64,000 nt of DNA from positions 62,001 through 126,000 of the forward strand of contig JBODTK010000148.1 in NCBI GenBank assembly GCA_050613775.1. The letters are read 5' to 3'. The notes beneath the pieces were generated by a model. The model made no database searches. It was given only the letters and a program-made list of their open reading frames with translations, and was not told the origin of the DNA. Source of the DNA: Neocallimastix sp. 'constans'. Its lineage: Eukaryota. Made by a program: the position numbers and the translations under genes. This document shows, piece after piece, positions 47,243 through 62,861 of the stretch (position 1 is the stretch's first letter; the number at the start of each line of letters is the position of its first letter).

Positions 47243-50200
47243 GAATTAGAATTTTTACTTGCAAGTGCACCGGTACTAGTTTTATTCTTATTTATTATTG
47301 AAGCGCCACTGGAAATGTTGGTACTATTACGATCTTCTGGAAGAAAAGTAATAGGTTCCAGCATTAAACCATTATCATTCGCTACAGCAATACCTGTAGT
47401 CGAAGTGGTAGCACCATCTTCCAGATTAGGAATCTGTTCTGTTGAATCTGATTTTCTTTCTCTCTTCTTTTGCAAGCTAGATCGGGAACGAGTAGTTAAT
47501 TGGACTGGAGCACTGAATGGATTCATATTGATTGCTTCACACCATTGATCACACCAGTGCTTTATAATTGCTTTCATTTCTAAATTATTATTAATAAATT
47601 TACAAATATTTGAAAGAGTGGATGGTAAATTAAGGAATTTCAAATTTCTATCATATTCATTTAATTCTTGATCTACTTCAACGGCTTCTGGTGTTACGAA
47701 GAAACGAGAATAAATTAATAGTACAGCTTGACGAAGGAATGGTTTTGTAAATATTTTTAAGACATAGCTTAAGGTTTCTTCAGAAAGATTAATTTTACAA
47801 CGCTTCTTAATATCTGGATGAACATTAAGGATATCTAAAATGGTATAGAGTAAGCTACTAATAGGTTTACTTTCATTATTATCATTCATAAGATCGATAT
47901 CATCTTCTAGAGGTGAGTTAGTAGCTGAAGTAGCCATAACGGTATCACCATCAACTTTTTCTTTACCCTTTTCTTTTAAGGTTTCAATAACTTTAGAAGC
48001 TCCACTATTATGATAATTTTTAATAAGACTCTTAATCTTTGGATGAATTGGCCATTGATTTTCCATAATACCAACACTTTCAGCAATCGCCAATAAACAT
48101 TTAACTAGTTCCATGGTATAGAAAAGCATGGTCCAGTTAGAAATATCACTATCCTTTGGCATTAAATAAAACGTACTGGAAACGAAAAGAGCGAAGGTAT
48201 CTTCTTCAATAGGATGAAGCAATTTTTTCTTTTCGCATTTAATTTCAATATCCTTTGTTTTATGTCTTGGACCAAAATTATACATATAATCATCATCAAA
48301 AAATTCACCTCCTTGATTAATAAGAATATCATCATCATCATCATCATTAAATAAATCTTCATCCATTAAAAATCCCTCTTCAATATCATCATCATCATCT
48401 ATTCTTTGTAAATTAAGGTATCTAAAGTTCTCTTGTTCTTGTTCATTTAATTCTTCAACAATATCCAATTGTTCTTGATCAGAATTTAATTCAATGCTTC
48501 CTTCATCTCCATTAGCTGTTGCATTGCCATGAATATTCGCAGTAGCTCTAGTATTAGCATTAGAATTATTATTAGTTGTATTTGTAGTATTATTGTTGGC
48601 ATTGGTATCTAATGGTATGCCAACAACACCAGCGAAATTATTTCTATTTCTATTTCTATTTCCATTTCCATTTCCATTTATTTCATTATTATTATCATTA
48701 TCAATATCATCGTCATCACTAAAAGATATACTAGATGAATAATAGTCACTTTCATCAGAGGAACTTTCTTCATTATAATCATTTATTTCCATTGAGTTAT
48801 CTAAACCAATTAACTTTTTACCAAAAATCATTTGACCTAATTTAGTAGCTCTCTTAAGATGTTTTGTCTTCATGTCTTCATTTTGAAGTTTAATAGCAGT
48901 ATAAGTTAATATAATTTCATTAATGACACGAAGAAGATTCAAAATCTTTGGATTGGCATGTTCAATTAAACCAATAAATGGATACATAATAGTAGATTCA
49001 GAGGATGAGTCTTGCTTAGTACCACGCATTATGACTTCAACGGTTTGAATAGTATATTTGAAGGTTTCATGTAAAAGATCAGTTAATAAAGTCTTATCAT
49101 CAATAGAGTTAACCTTTTCATGTAATAATTCCTTTTTAATAAATTGTAATGTTTTAATAAATTTATTTTCACAAAGTATCTTAAGGAAATTCGAATTTAC
49201 AAAAGATTTTAATTCGATACAACCCTTTTCATTATTATGATTCTTGTCATCTTCTTCAGCATGATTTTTTCTTTCTTTTTCTTCCTTACTTTTATCTCCA
49301 TTTTCATTTTTCTTTATCTCTATAGATTCAATATATTCTTCACTAAACTTTTCAATAGAATTATAGATCGATTTTACTTCACCGGTTGGAGCGACCTTAT
49401 TAATATCATTTAACCACTGTGAAAAATTACTAATTTCTTGATCCCCTTCTTGACTTTCAAAGTTACGAATGGTATAATGTTTGTCCTTCCAAACTACTGG
49501 TAATAATACATTACAGATGTTCTTACAAAATGGACATAAGAATTCATTATGTTTAATATTGACGGAATAATTTCTTCTTGGATTATTTTGTTGATCACGA
49601 GCAATGGTATCTATATACTTTTCTAAACATTTAGAATGCATCATATGGCCACAAGTGGAAACATAGATACCTGATTGACTATGAACAGGACTTACTGGAG
49701 GTAGAACTGAAATTTCTTTAGATTCTTCTACAGTATTTCCAGTGGAACGCTCCTGCTCTTGATCAAAGGAAAAATTCATTTGAAGATTTTCAAAAACATC
49801 ATTGGCATCATTAAACTTGACTTGACGAACATGACAAGAAGTTTGGGCATAACCTAACATACCAATAACATTATTATTACTTTCATCACTTTCACGACAC
49901 ATAATACAGGAACCGGTTTGGAATTGATAAATATGTTGTGTTTTGTATTCCTCTTCATTATATTCATAATCTTCACTTTCAAATTCATCATCGTCAAAGT
50001 TGAAATTACTATTCATCATAAAGTTATTTTGTTGTTGAGCAAATTGTGCCATTAGTTCTGCCTTTCTAGCCTTGGCTCTCATTTTTTTTAATTTGTTTTC
50101 TTTTTCTTCCTTTTCCTTTAAAAGTTGTTGTTTATGCTCTTTTAGATACTTCTGTTTAAACCATTTTTCAATATATTCCTTTATTTCTTTGTCATTGGTC

Positions 50201-53200
50201 ATATCACCAATATCCTTAATAATAGCACATAATCTTGGAATGAAATTAGTAATACATGTGTCTGACTTTTCAATAAGATAGATTAACCAGTGGATTAATT
50301 TTATAGCTTTAGTTTCTTTGAATTCGTTAGCATTGGCTTGGTCACTCAATGATTTATTTAATGAATTTTCTTTTTCATCCTTTTCCTTGGTGGTTTCTAT
50401 CTCCATAGTACCACTATCTTCTTCATTCATTGGATCATCTTCTTCAGTCTTTGTATCTTCCGAATTACCAGCACCTTCAATATCTGAAATTTCCTCTTCA
50501 TCAAAGGTTAATTTAATCTTACTATCCATGGTTTTACTTTCAATGTTAAATTCTTGATGAGTTGCATTCCAAATGAAGGATTCATTACCAACAGGCAAAT
50601 TGGTGTTAGTTTTAGCACATCTTTTTTCTTCCTCAATGGCAATTTCGATTAAATATGTAGCTTCATCCAATAAATCAGTAACGTTAGCAATTTTTTCTTT
50701 TGCTTCAGCATCCTTTGATTTTTCCTTAGTGATATTCCAAATAGTGTAGAAAACAATACTATTAAAAACTTTAGAACGACATAAATTTGGTAACTTAGCA
50801 AAACCACTGGATGGATCAATAGGTTCCATACGAGGTTTTAAAATAATATTTTCGATATTATCATTCTTGTTATTACTGGTCTTAAGAATATATTCTTTAA
50901 TCTTTTGCTTAGCAGTTTCACGATCATTGAAGGATAAGGAATAGAACCAAGGATCAACTTCATCATAATATTTTGTTTTTAATTCATATGTACCACGATC
51001 AGAGATACCGTAAGGGAACTTAAAGTTACTAACTTCCTCTAATATATTTTCAATATCACCAGTGATATCCTTTTCTATATCTAAGTATCTTTTTTCTATC
51101 CTGCTTGAAATTTCACTGAAAGAAAGTGGTTTTTTGATTAAGTGATGAATAATTTCATTTCGTAAATTACCTTCAAAGCCCTTACCATTGATTTCTTTAC
51201 GAAAAGTAAGAAGTTTAATGATAAAAAGAAGGAATTCACTAACTAAAAGATTTACCTTCTCATTACTAAAACCATGACGTTGTGCATAAGACTTACCTCT
51301 AAACCAATCCATTACTTCAAACCGATCTAAAAGTGAAGTTAAGAAAACATTTGAATCAAGAGCTAAAGAAGCAACTTGTAAAAAGATAATATTTGTTTCA
51401 TAAGAAATAGAACGTAATTTAACATTAGAATAGGTAGAAGCCATTTGATAAATGGATAAACCATTTCTAATCCATAAATTAGAATAAATTTGAGAGAAAG
51501 CCGTCATACAACGTAATGGATATTCCATTAAACGCTGAATACGATTTTCTTTGGTGATCACGTTAGATTCTCCTTCGATTTTTGAATTGAAGGAAAAAAT
51601 ATCATTCCAAATGCTATCAAAACTACCATTATTCTTTTCTTCTTCTGTCAAATTTTTTAAAATTTCTGGAAGTTGACGAATAAAGTCAGAAAATAACCAA
51701 TGAACTGGATAAAGGAACGAAATTTCGCCTAACATAATTGAATATTTTGGAACTTCATATTCTTGATCATCCAAGGATTTAACGAAATGGAAACCTTGCT
51801 TATTATTTAAATTACTTTGACTACTACTATTATCAACATTACTACTACATTCTTCTCCGTTCCTGATTTTATTTTGTTCAGTTGTTACTTCAACTACAAC
51901 TCCATTACGGGAGTTTAAAGAATTATTTATAAATGATCCTTGAGAATGAATTGGAATAGTTTTATGAATATTTTTTAGAGGAGTTACTTTCTTTAAACTT
52001 TTATAATAGCACCATTCATCCAATAAGGTAAGAATTTTTATCATGGCCATTTTAATATATTTCAAATTATCCTTTTGATCAGTATCAAACTTATAACATT
52101 CAGCAATACAATTTAATAATTTGCCTATAATAAATGCATATTCTACCGCACTAACCCAATCCTTTGTTTCACTATCAATATGGTAATCTAAATAGCACCT
52201 TTGTGGTAAAAAACCTTGTAAATAAATTAACATATCTAAAGCTTTTTCTAAAAATATAGAATTTTCACGATAATAATGAGTCTTTACATTTGGAGCTTGT
52301 AAAAGGTAAGTAATACCCTCAACTATTTTACCTAAAATATCATATCCTTTTTGGAAACGATTAACTACAGTAAGGGCATCAAAGTCATATTTACTTGTAC
52401 GAATATTTTTAAGCATTTCAAAATTTTTCATGAAATTTTTATAACTAAATTCTAAATGACCTGAATTACAAAAAATGTTTGTTTTAATTAAATTTATTAA
52501 ATCAGAATAAAATTCAGTTTTGGTGAAAAGATAGTTAACAGAAGTTGGAGAAATTGTTTGAACCATGAAATCAACAATATTATAATTATCTTCAATATCA
52601 TTAATATAAGAATTTAAAATATACGGGAAATGAATAGCATATTTAGCTGCAGTTTTTACCTTATATTCTTGGTCTGAGATTAAGGTATTGATATATAATT
52701 CTTTAATTAATATTCTAGTTGATTTCCATATTTTAATATCATAATAGAATAATAAATCAATAACAGTTAAATCATCTTTATTTTTTTCAATGAATTTTGG
52801 ATAATCATATTTAGAGGGATCATCTATTTTTCTAAAAAATTCCTGATTGATAATATCTCTAATAACATCCTTTACTGATTCATATTTTTCATTATTAATT
52901 GAAATAATACCGGGTACAACCTTTAATAATTTACTAAGGTATACTACTAAATAAGCTACAACTTCTTCTTTTAAAGTTTCACTTAATAATCTTATTGTGG
53001 TACGTAACTTTACACTATTAATAATTTCGCTCATTCTTCTTAATTTTGAAATATCATCTGTAATACATAAGCATCCACGACCCTGGGTATTGATGAATTA
53101 TTATAATGAAAATTTTATAAAAACAAATTATATAAAGTCATACATACAAATTTATATTAAATAGTTATTTATAAAATATATATGAATAAAAAATATTGTA

Positions 53201-54430
53201 ATATCAATATTATGTTAAAATTACATTTTTTCTTAAAAAAATATCTTTTTTATTTTATAGAAACTTACGTGGCTATCAATATTTTTTGAAATCATTTCTG
53301 CACGTTCATCAGTACAATTAGTGGCTTCTTTAAGTTTAGAAATAACAGTATCAAAGGAATGTTCTTCATCATTCCATAATAAACAATCATATAATTTATC
53401 ACTACCATCTTCAGGTTCTTCTTTTCGAATATCTTCATCTTTTGCTGGTACTGAAATATCAAATGGTGATTTATTTAATACATCAATAATGAATGTGAAA
53501 CATTGTGAGATAACATTTTTTAAACTATGTTTTAAAGGTTCTGGAAGTAATTTTAAAGTTTCTTTCATATCATTTTTAACATTATGATATTTGCATCCTA
53601 TATCAACAATAAAGGCTTCTTCATCACCACAATCACAGCAACCACCACCATTTTTTGTTATATAAAATTTTATATTATGTCCTTGATGGTTAGAAGCATG
53701 GAAACATTTTGAACATAAAACACAAGTATTATCAAAAGCACAATCACTATAATATGATTAAAAAAGTATAATTTGAATTATTTTTATATAAAAGAATAAA
53801 CAATAATTTATACATGTTTAAAAATTTTAAATTATTTTAATATAAAATAATAAAATAAAATTAAGTTTATAACATTTTAGTATTAATATTATTTTATAAT
53901 TATCAACATATATAAAGTATTTTAAAAATGATAAAAAAAATTGATTTAAAATAAATAAATTAATTTTAAGAAATTTCAATTTTATAAAATTTTCAATTTA
54001 TGAAAAATAATAATAATTATAATAATTTAAAGATAATTTGTAATATTCATGTGAATTTAAATTTATATTGCTTCAATATAAATAAAATAATTTAAGGTAT
54101 TGTATAAACTAATGATAAAATTTCAAATATTTACCAGCAACGATAAACAGTATCTCCAGGTTTAAATGAATAACCACATATTTTACCTAATTCTGAACTA
54201 TTATATTCTATTTTATTTTCAGACTTATTTCCTAAATCATCATCAATTTTCGTTTTCTTTCGATAAGCGGTTGGATTATTTATAAATAAGAAATTCTTGT
54301 ATTCTTTTTTACCCACTAATTTTTCATTTAAAAAATTGTATATATTTTTTATTTGCTCATTCGTTAATGGAAAACTATTAGAATTCTTAGTAACAGTATT
54401 TAAAAAATTGTATACTTCAAAAGATTCCAT
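46666..54430 (-). CDS. UBR1: UBR1/UBR2-type N-recognin E3 ubiquitin ligase; exons 54430-54135, 53746-53269, 53082-46666 (~2396 aa)
   Basis: UBR box (ICG..F..GD.VYRC..C..D.TCVLC..CF..SNH.GH...GGGCCDCGD.EAF). ClpS-like LWNDEEHSF. RING CIMC...CGHMMH..C...FLCPFC. C-terminal CLLCG...YLDVHGE.D..RGKP. GT-AG junctions keep the frame. Confidence 0.92.
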
Positions 54431-55034
54431 TTTTGAATTATTATTATATAAATAATCTTGAAAACTAAATTATCTATTTTTTTTTATTATTACTATTGTG
54501 TTACTTTTTTTTTATTTATATGTTAAATTTTTCAAATATATTTTTGATTAGAATGAACATTAAAAGAATAAATATATTATTAGGATATATAAATAGGTTT
54601 AATTAATAGGAATAATATAATAATTATTTTCTTTTTCTTTAAAAATTAAAAAGATAATTATATAAATAATTTGTGTATTCTGTACTTGCTGGATTTAAAA
54701 TTAATTTGAATTATTTATTATTAAATTTTATATTAATTAAATTAAGTTTAAATCATTTATTATTACTTTATTTTCAATTAATATATATATACAAATATAT
54801 ATTTTTTCCTTTCTTTTTAAATAATCACTCCTTATAGTTAAGATCCAAGTCAAAATGATGATAAAAAAATATTGATTAGCTCGGTTAATAAAAATACCTA
54901 ATTTTTGTCTATTTGTCTATTTTTTATTTTATCTTTTATTTTACTGTTTACTTTTTTATGTTGTTTTTGTTTTATTTCAATTAAAATTAGAAGCTTTATA
55001 TTTTAATTATTTAAATTATGATTTTTGCTTTAAG

Positions 55035-55074
<40 letters not shown>

Positions 55075-55539
55075 AATTAGATTATTGTATTTAGGATTAT
55101 TTCTTTTTTTTTTTTTAAAAAAAAAAAAAAAATATATTTTAATTTCTTTATTATTATTATTATTATAAAATAAAAACAAAAAAATTACTTCTCAAATCAG
55201 ATAGGATATTTATATTAAAATGTTTAAATAAATATTTAAAATAAAAAATAAAAAAAATATAAAAAAAAAAAAAAGAGAGAAAGAAAAAGAAAAAGAAAAA
55301 GAAAAATATGAAATAAGATTATATTAATTTTCAAATATTTTATCTATAGTTTAACTTTTTTTAATATTTTTATTTTATTTTTTTTTTTTCCTTTTCCTTT
55401 ATTTTTTGTTTTTATCAATATTTTTATTTATTAAATTAAAGCGCATTATAAATAATTATTTTCTTCTTTCAAATTTTTTTCTAGAACAAAAATTAATACA
55501 ATATATATATATACATAAAAAAAATAAAAAAATAAAAAA

Positions 55540-55596
<57 letters not shown>

Positions 55597-56645
55597 TTAT
55601 CCATTAATTAATCCTAAAACTGACAAATAATATTTCACCATTTTAATATATATTCATTTATTAATAATATTATTAACAATATTATTTAATATATTTAATA
55701 TATTATATAAATGATAAAAAAAATTTTTTTTTAATGTAACATCAATTTTAATAAATAATTGAAAAAAAATTATAAAATTATAATAAATATTAAAAATTAA
55801 ATGTAAAAATATATTAATAAATTATATATATAAATTTTCAATTTTGCTAAAAAGAAATAATCTAAATTTTTTTTTTCTTTCTTATATATATATTTTTTAA
55901 ACTATAATACAGAGAGCAAGAATAAAAAATTATAATTATAAATATTATTATTTAATAATAAACTAAATACAAAATAATAATATATATAGATAATATAACT
56001 AATAATGTCAACTATACATATTTTTTTATATTATAATATATAATTATTATATATCCTATTAATTATAATAAAATTATAAAATATTAAATTATAAAAAATA
56101 TAAAATAAAATAACATTTCTAATTAATATATAATTGAATATATATTAATATAAAATTCAAATACGAAATTATTATAAAAATTATTATTAAGAAAAGATAT
56201 AAATTTAATATTTAATAATTATTATTAAATATACAAATATGTTACTACACATATTTGTTTTATATCAATATTTAAGTATAGTTTTAGCATAAAATTAATA
56301 CAAAAACAGTATCAAAAATAAACTGTTGGAGTAGTTTGATATAAAACAGAATTAAACTACTATATATATATATATATAAAACATATGAATTGAATATATT
56401 ACAATAAATAAGATGTGATTATATTTGCTATCTTAAATGCTGTCCAACTAGCATACAAATATAATCAATAGAAGTATTATTATTTGTCACAATAAATAGC
56501 ACATACTACTGTTATTAAGTTTGCAAATATGTGAGATATAGTGTTGATATATATATATATATATAACGTAGTTGTACATGATATCATATAATTTAATTTA
56601 TATTTTTGTAAATAAATATTAGTTAAAATATCAGCATTTAAATTA

Positions 56646-56696
56646 TTAAATTAATATCAGCATATATATTAAATATATATGCTGATATTAATTTAA
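56646..56696. repeat. Perfect palindrome with 25-bp arms, at the centre of a larger degenerate inverted repeat
   Basis: ttaaattaatatcagcatatatatt-a-aatatatatgctgatattaatttaa. Confidence 0.85.
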
Positions 56697-58091
56697 CAAT
56701 ATCAGCTGTTTAGTTTAGTATAACAATAAATACATATATGTTTGTATATTTGATACATATTGATAATGTTAATATGCAACTATTTATTATCATGCACGTT
56801 TGTAAGATTAATAACAGTTTGAATATATATGTAAATTATAGTATATTTCAATTAAATATCATCATAAATAGTTTCATATATTTATGATGATACTCAGTAT
56901 ATTTTTTATTTTAAAAATAATGATACTCAATATATTTAATAGTTTCAAGAATATACTTTAATTTTAAATTCACAATAAATAAAAGATAAATATATACATA
57001 TATATAGTATTGAATTAATTATTTATATTGATCTTATTTAATACTAGTAAATTCATATTACGTAATAATATACTTTTACATTCATATTATAATTATAAAT
57101 TATAATGATATAATAATTATTTATATATAAATTCATTAAAAAAGAAAATGCAATAAAAATTAATAATGAAAAAGATTTTTAACTTTAATAAATATATTAA
57201 ATAATTACAAAGATTTTATTAATATAGAAATTTTATTATAACAATAATAATAATGTATTATTAATATAAAAAAAATAAAAATTTTAAAATTGTTATTTAC
57301 CTACTAATGATCTATCTAAAAAATAAACCCAAGAAGTACTATCTATAAATAAAAGAATGTGGTAGCTAAGAGTTTTTTTTATTTTTTATTTTTTATTTTC
57401 TAGTTTTTATTTTTATTTTATTTTATTTTCATATAATTTAAAAGGCAGCTCAAAAAAACATCATTATAATTATTGTAACAATGTAATATTATTATTATTT
57501 GATTAGGAAGAGAATATATTTCTTTATTTTAAATATTATTAATTAAATATATATTTATATTAATTACATTTTAAATGAAATAAATAGCATAGTTATATAA
57601 TACAAATAGAAATATCGAAAATTGTATAAAAAATATTTTTAATTCATTAAAAATAAAAATTTATATAATATAAAATTAATTTAATTATACTAAAATTTTC
57701 AAATTTGGTATTATATAAATTGAAATAATTTTTACTATAAGTATTTAATAAAATTAAACAAAGAGGCAATATCTGTAAAGATAGTATGGTATCTACTAAA
57801 ATCTTCCTTGAAATCAAGAGAATTATTATCAGAAATTCAATTTTCTTTCTTTTTTTTATTTTCATTTTTTATTTTTTTTATTTTATACTTAGAAGAGAAT
57901 ACAATTCCAGTGTTTATTAAATAGATAATTATATATTACATTTTAAAAAAAATATTTTATATTAATTAAAGATAAATAATAATATATATATATAAAAGAA
58001 AAATTAAAATATAAAAAATAATAAAAAAAAATTTTAATTTATAATAGAAAAGTTAATATAATAAATAATAAAAATATATCCAAAAGTCAAA

Positions 58092-61000
58092 AAAATTTCG
58101 GTGTGATATATACAATATGTAGTAGCATGATCATCATTTAAATTTAAAATAATAAAATAATGAAATAATATATTTAAAATAGATAGTGCGGTGTCCACTA
58201 AATTCTTCCCTGAAAATACAGAAAGATTATTCATTAAAAGAATTACGAATCTGTGAACGAAACTAGATTACTAATACTTATATCTGAATATATAAAATAA
58301 GAATATTAATAGCATTGTTCCTAAAGTCATATCGGTACGACGTATGCATTCTAGGTAAGGATTTCTTACTTAATCTATCAAAATGTAACTCAAGAGAACT
58401 ATTAATGATAGGTATTATTGTTAGCAAGATAACAACGTAAGCCCCACAATATACGGAACGGTATATCCCTGTGAATTGTTTAAGAGTTATTCACTTAAAT
58501 ATCTCCATTCTTCAATATCGAATTGTAGCTCATCTAAAGCTGAAATTCCACCAAGAAGGAATAAATAAATATATCTTTTGATAAAATTTTCATATTCCAA
58601 AATATTAGATTATGTTGGTAATTAGAAAAGAGTCCTTATTTTATCACTAAATTTTTAAAAAGATCATTAATGAAATCTAAAAATTTGAATCTATATAATG
58701 AAAAGGAAGAATGACTGTTCATCTTCTCCATAACATGGGCCGACTTTCGGACAATTATCAAAAACTCTATCACTTCTAATAGCAATAGTAGTGTTGTATT
58801 TGAAATCAAATCTTGATTTTAAAATCCAGTTAAAACCTAAATTAAATTTGGGATGAGCTTGAATATTTTTTTTTTTTGTTTCAATATATATATATTTATC
58901 ATAATTAATACTTTTAATTCCTTTACTTTTACTATTATTTAACCAATAGATTCAATTATATCTTTATATTTTTTAATATTTTCATTTCTAATTTTTCTAT
59001 AGAGAGAAGGTGATTTTTTTTTTACAAGAAAATGTAACATCTTAAGAGTATTCTCTATTAGACCTTTATAATGTATTTAGAATTTCTCCATTTCCAAAAG
59101 CATTTAATTTGAAGTGAAGCAATAAGAAAATTTTGAGATCACGTGATAATAGTTAAGTTTCTTGAAATATAATATTTCTTTTCATTATTTTTGAGTCATT
59201 TTCTATAATACTTTAGGAAGGGTCAATATATTATAATAAACTAGTATTAATAAGAGATTGAACTTTGTTTGTATTAGTCATGCTTGAACCTATAAGTGGA
59301 ACAAAATATAAAGCTTTGCTAATAATAAATGATTGAATAAATATATCTCAAAAAAGAAATCAGCCTATTGGTTAAAAAAACTGGAGAATGAATATAACTA
59401 TTTCTGAGCTTTAGACTCCATAAAGGAAACAATAGGTTTGAGTGAAAGATCGTTGCTGAAAAGGATACAAAAATATGTATAAGCAAATTTTTTTTTTTTT
59501 TGGAATGGGATACATCTCAAGATAAAACGTAGGATAATCATAACCAGGGTAATTTACAAAGTTTAAAGGCTTAATAATCATATTTGTACATTTATTGATA
59601 CGGAAGGTCATATCACTTTTATTGGCCCAGTTAAATACATAACGAAGGAGAATCTTCATTTTAGTCTCAGTTAATACAATTAGCACAATATCGTCTTCAA
59701 AGAGACTAAGCAACATTTTTTTATTTCCTATATTCATCCCATATTTATCACAATTATTTAGAATATCATTTATAAACATGCTAAATAATATAGGTGATAG
59801 TGGACAACCTTGTCTTATTCCTCGATTAATAAGGAATTCATCAGAGAGCATGTTTAGGTAATGAGCTATTACTTTAGAAGTAAGATAAAGTTTTGAAATA
59901 AAATTGAAACTCTTATTACGTATACTAATATGAAATAATCTAATAATAGGGATGTTGTAGATGGGAATAGAGTCGTAGGCCTTTTTAAGATCAAGAAAGG
60001 TTACATAAGTAAATTTACCTTTAAATTTTCTTCTTTAACAAGTTTCTCTTATAGAGATATAAAGGCTAATACACTCTTCATGATTACGAAAATCAAAATG
60101 TTCATTTCTAATAAAATTATGTGCAAAAGCATACTTAGAAGTTCTATCGGTAATTATTTTAGTTATTATTTTAAGACCAACATTGATTAGAGAAATACCT
60201 CGTTAATTACTACAATTGGAAAGATCACCTTTTTAAGGAACAGACACAGTTGAAGAAGAGTTCTAGTCATTTGAAAATGATTTCAAGGTATTTAACTTCA
60301 TCAGGAAATCTTTCTTCTAATTCTTTGTTATAAAAAAATGCTTTATAAAATTCAATATATATACCATCTAGACCAGATACTTTATTACCTTTTATAGATA
60401 GTACTGTATTTCTAATAACAGAATAAAAGAGAGATTTATTAATTTTCCATGTAATAGGATTAGGTTGATTATTACGGAAAATATTTGCCAAATACTTATT
60501 ATTAAGTTTATGTCTAGGAGAATATAATGCCAAATCTCTATAATGTATCCCATCGATTAAGATGATCCTTAGGGGAAAATAAATATTGACTATTTTTGAA
60601 TTTAATAGAATGGGGATGAGAGAACAAATATATTGGTTTAACTAATTTTTTTAATACGGTTCCATCCCCTATGATAATCCAAGAAAAAAAAATTACTTAC
60701 ATTATAATAATTTGAACGAATAGTACTTTGAATTTTCATTATAGTCCTACATACTCTATGATATTGAGTAAATAGAACCAAGTAAGCATCAATATTAGAG
60801 CAATCAGACAAATGTTTGATATTCTTGTAAGCTAAATTTTTAATATTAGAAAGTTTCTTTACATAATATGGGAAATAAAACGTAGCCCCTTTAAATTAAG
60901 TTGGAAAAAAGCTTTACTTTTTTTACCAATATTTTATAGTATTTTATAAAAAGTATCTATAAATTTTTTAACTATGTCATCCGCTGAAATTTCTTCATAA

Positions 61001-61750
61001 CTGAATTCAAGTTCATTTGCTAAAATTGAAAAGTAATTATGTGTTAAAATATTTGTATACTTCGTATTACAGATATGCTTAGACCATTTGAAAGATTTTT
61101 TTAGATTTTCATAAAACATTTTAAAAATACCTTATTGCAAGGCAATATAATAGATTTATGATAAGATATACCAGTAAAAGAAGAACAAAAAGAAGATAAG
61201 TGAACATAAGGAACTTTAGTTTTATTATAGATTATGTGGTTAATTCATGAGGATTTAGAACCTTTGGCATAAATATATTTTGTAAGTTTTGCAAAGGGCA
61301 TATTGAAGTCCCCCACATAAACTGTAAGAGAGTTATTATTAGAATATCTTCTCAACCATTGACCAAGAGAAGGTTTTTAAATGAACATTAGGCTATCTAT
61401 TTTGAAGGAAGTAAATGTTACCAATTGAGCACTTTTGATTCTAAAACAAAGTAATATTAACTGATATAATATACTTATGAAATGATGGTTCTTCATTATA
61501 TGAACAGTATTCGTGAATATCAATAAATGTACATCTCATACTAGGAAACTTAATGTTAACTCTTAAAAATAAATTGTAACTAGAAAGTACTGATGATAAA
61601 GAGTTTTCCATGAAAATAAATTTATTATTGATATTGGTTTGAATATTGAGTTCATATAAACAACATCATCCCTTTTTTCCGGGTTCCTGTCATTAATATT
61701 CCAACTTGCACAAAGATTGAAAAAAGGGAAGAATTAGCATTGAGATCACA
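58092..61750 (-). mobile_element. Decayed LINE (APE endonuclease + reverse transcriptase)
   Basis: APE motifs ASWNIN (~61700) and VGDFNMP (~61305). RT motifs GLDGI..EFYK, RGISL, FLDLKKAYDS, GIRQGCPLSPILF and FEDD. Multiple stops and frameshifts. Confidence 0.9.
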
Positions 61751-61923
61751 TATAAAAAAGTCATTTTACATTAGATGAAAAATAAATTCAGAGCAATGTG
61801 CTTTAGATTTATTAGACTATGACTTGGAATTATTTCTGTATTTAGTTGAATTTTTTACAAAGTTTTCAGTGCTTTATTAAATAGATTAAAATATTTTTAT
61901 GTATTACATTTAATAAAATAAAA

Positions 61924-61976
<53 letters not shown>

Positions 61977-62084
61977 TATATAATTTAAAAATAAAAAAAA
62001 TAAAATAAAATTAAAAAAAAAAAAAATTTAATTAATCATAGAATATTTAATGTAATAAAGAATAAAAATAAGTTCAAAAGTTAT

Positions 62085-62260
62085 AAAAATTTCGGTGTGA
62101 TGTATACTATGTGTAGTAATATGATCACCAGGAGTTGTTCACTTAAATGTCTCGGTCCCCCAGTATCGAATTGTACCTTATCTAAAGCTGAAATTCCACC
62201 AAGAAGGAATATTAAAATATACCTGTTTATGAAATTTTCATATTCTAAGATATTAGAATA
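62085..62260 (-). mobile_element. Second, internally deleted 3'-end fragment of the same LINE family
   Basis: aaaaatttcggtgtgat...atgatca matches 58092-58133 and is joined directly to a match of ~58485-58610 (tctaaagctgaaattccaccaagaagga). Confidence 0.8.
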
Positions 62261-62696
62261 AGAAGGAAGTAAGGAAAGATTCTTTACTTTATTGGCATAT
62301 TCTAATACTAAAGTGTTGATTACTTAAAGCTATAATTTCATCATGAAAAAACATTTAAAAATAAATTAAATAAATCTAATTCGTAAAATTATTTAAAGAT
62401 ATAGTTTATACATGATTATGCTAAAATTATGCATATTTTTTTTATTTATTTTATATTTTATTTATTTTTTTATTTTTTATTTTATTTTTATTTTAATTTT
62501 ATTATTTATGATAATAATTATTATTATCTTATTTAAAAACAAGATAATAAAAATATATTACTAATTTTAAAATAACAAAATTTACGTTTAATCGAAAAAA
62601 TGACAAATAATTACATCTTTTTTATTAATATAATATATTAAAATAAAAAAATTTTTTTTTATTAATTATAATTATTATTATTATTATTATTATTAC

Positions 62697-62736
<40 letters not shown>

Positions 62737-62820
62737 ATTATTATTTATTATAATGATATATAAAACAAAATTATATATATTATAATTTAATATCTAAAAA
62801 TTAAAATAAAACAAAAAAAA

Positions 62821-62861
<41 letters not shown>

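Noticed and set aside
47315..53587. Small ORFs inside UBR1
   Set aside because: Antisense or alternate-frame shadows of the long CDS.
54825..54900. Possible C/D snoRNA (atgatga box C)
   Set aside because: No box D (CTGA) or terminal stem at a suitable distance.
58092..62260. Direct repeats at 58.1 and 62.1 kb as LTRs
   Set aside because: The enclosed element has an APE plus LINE-type RT, and the second copy is an internally deleted 3' fragment rather than a colinear LTR.
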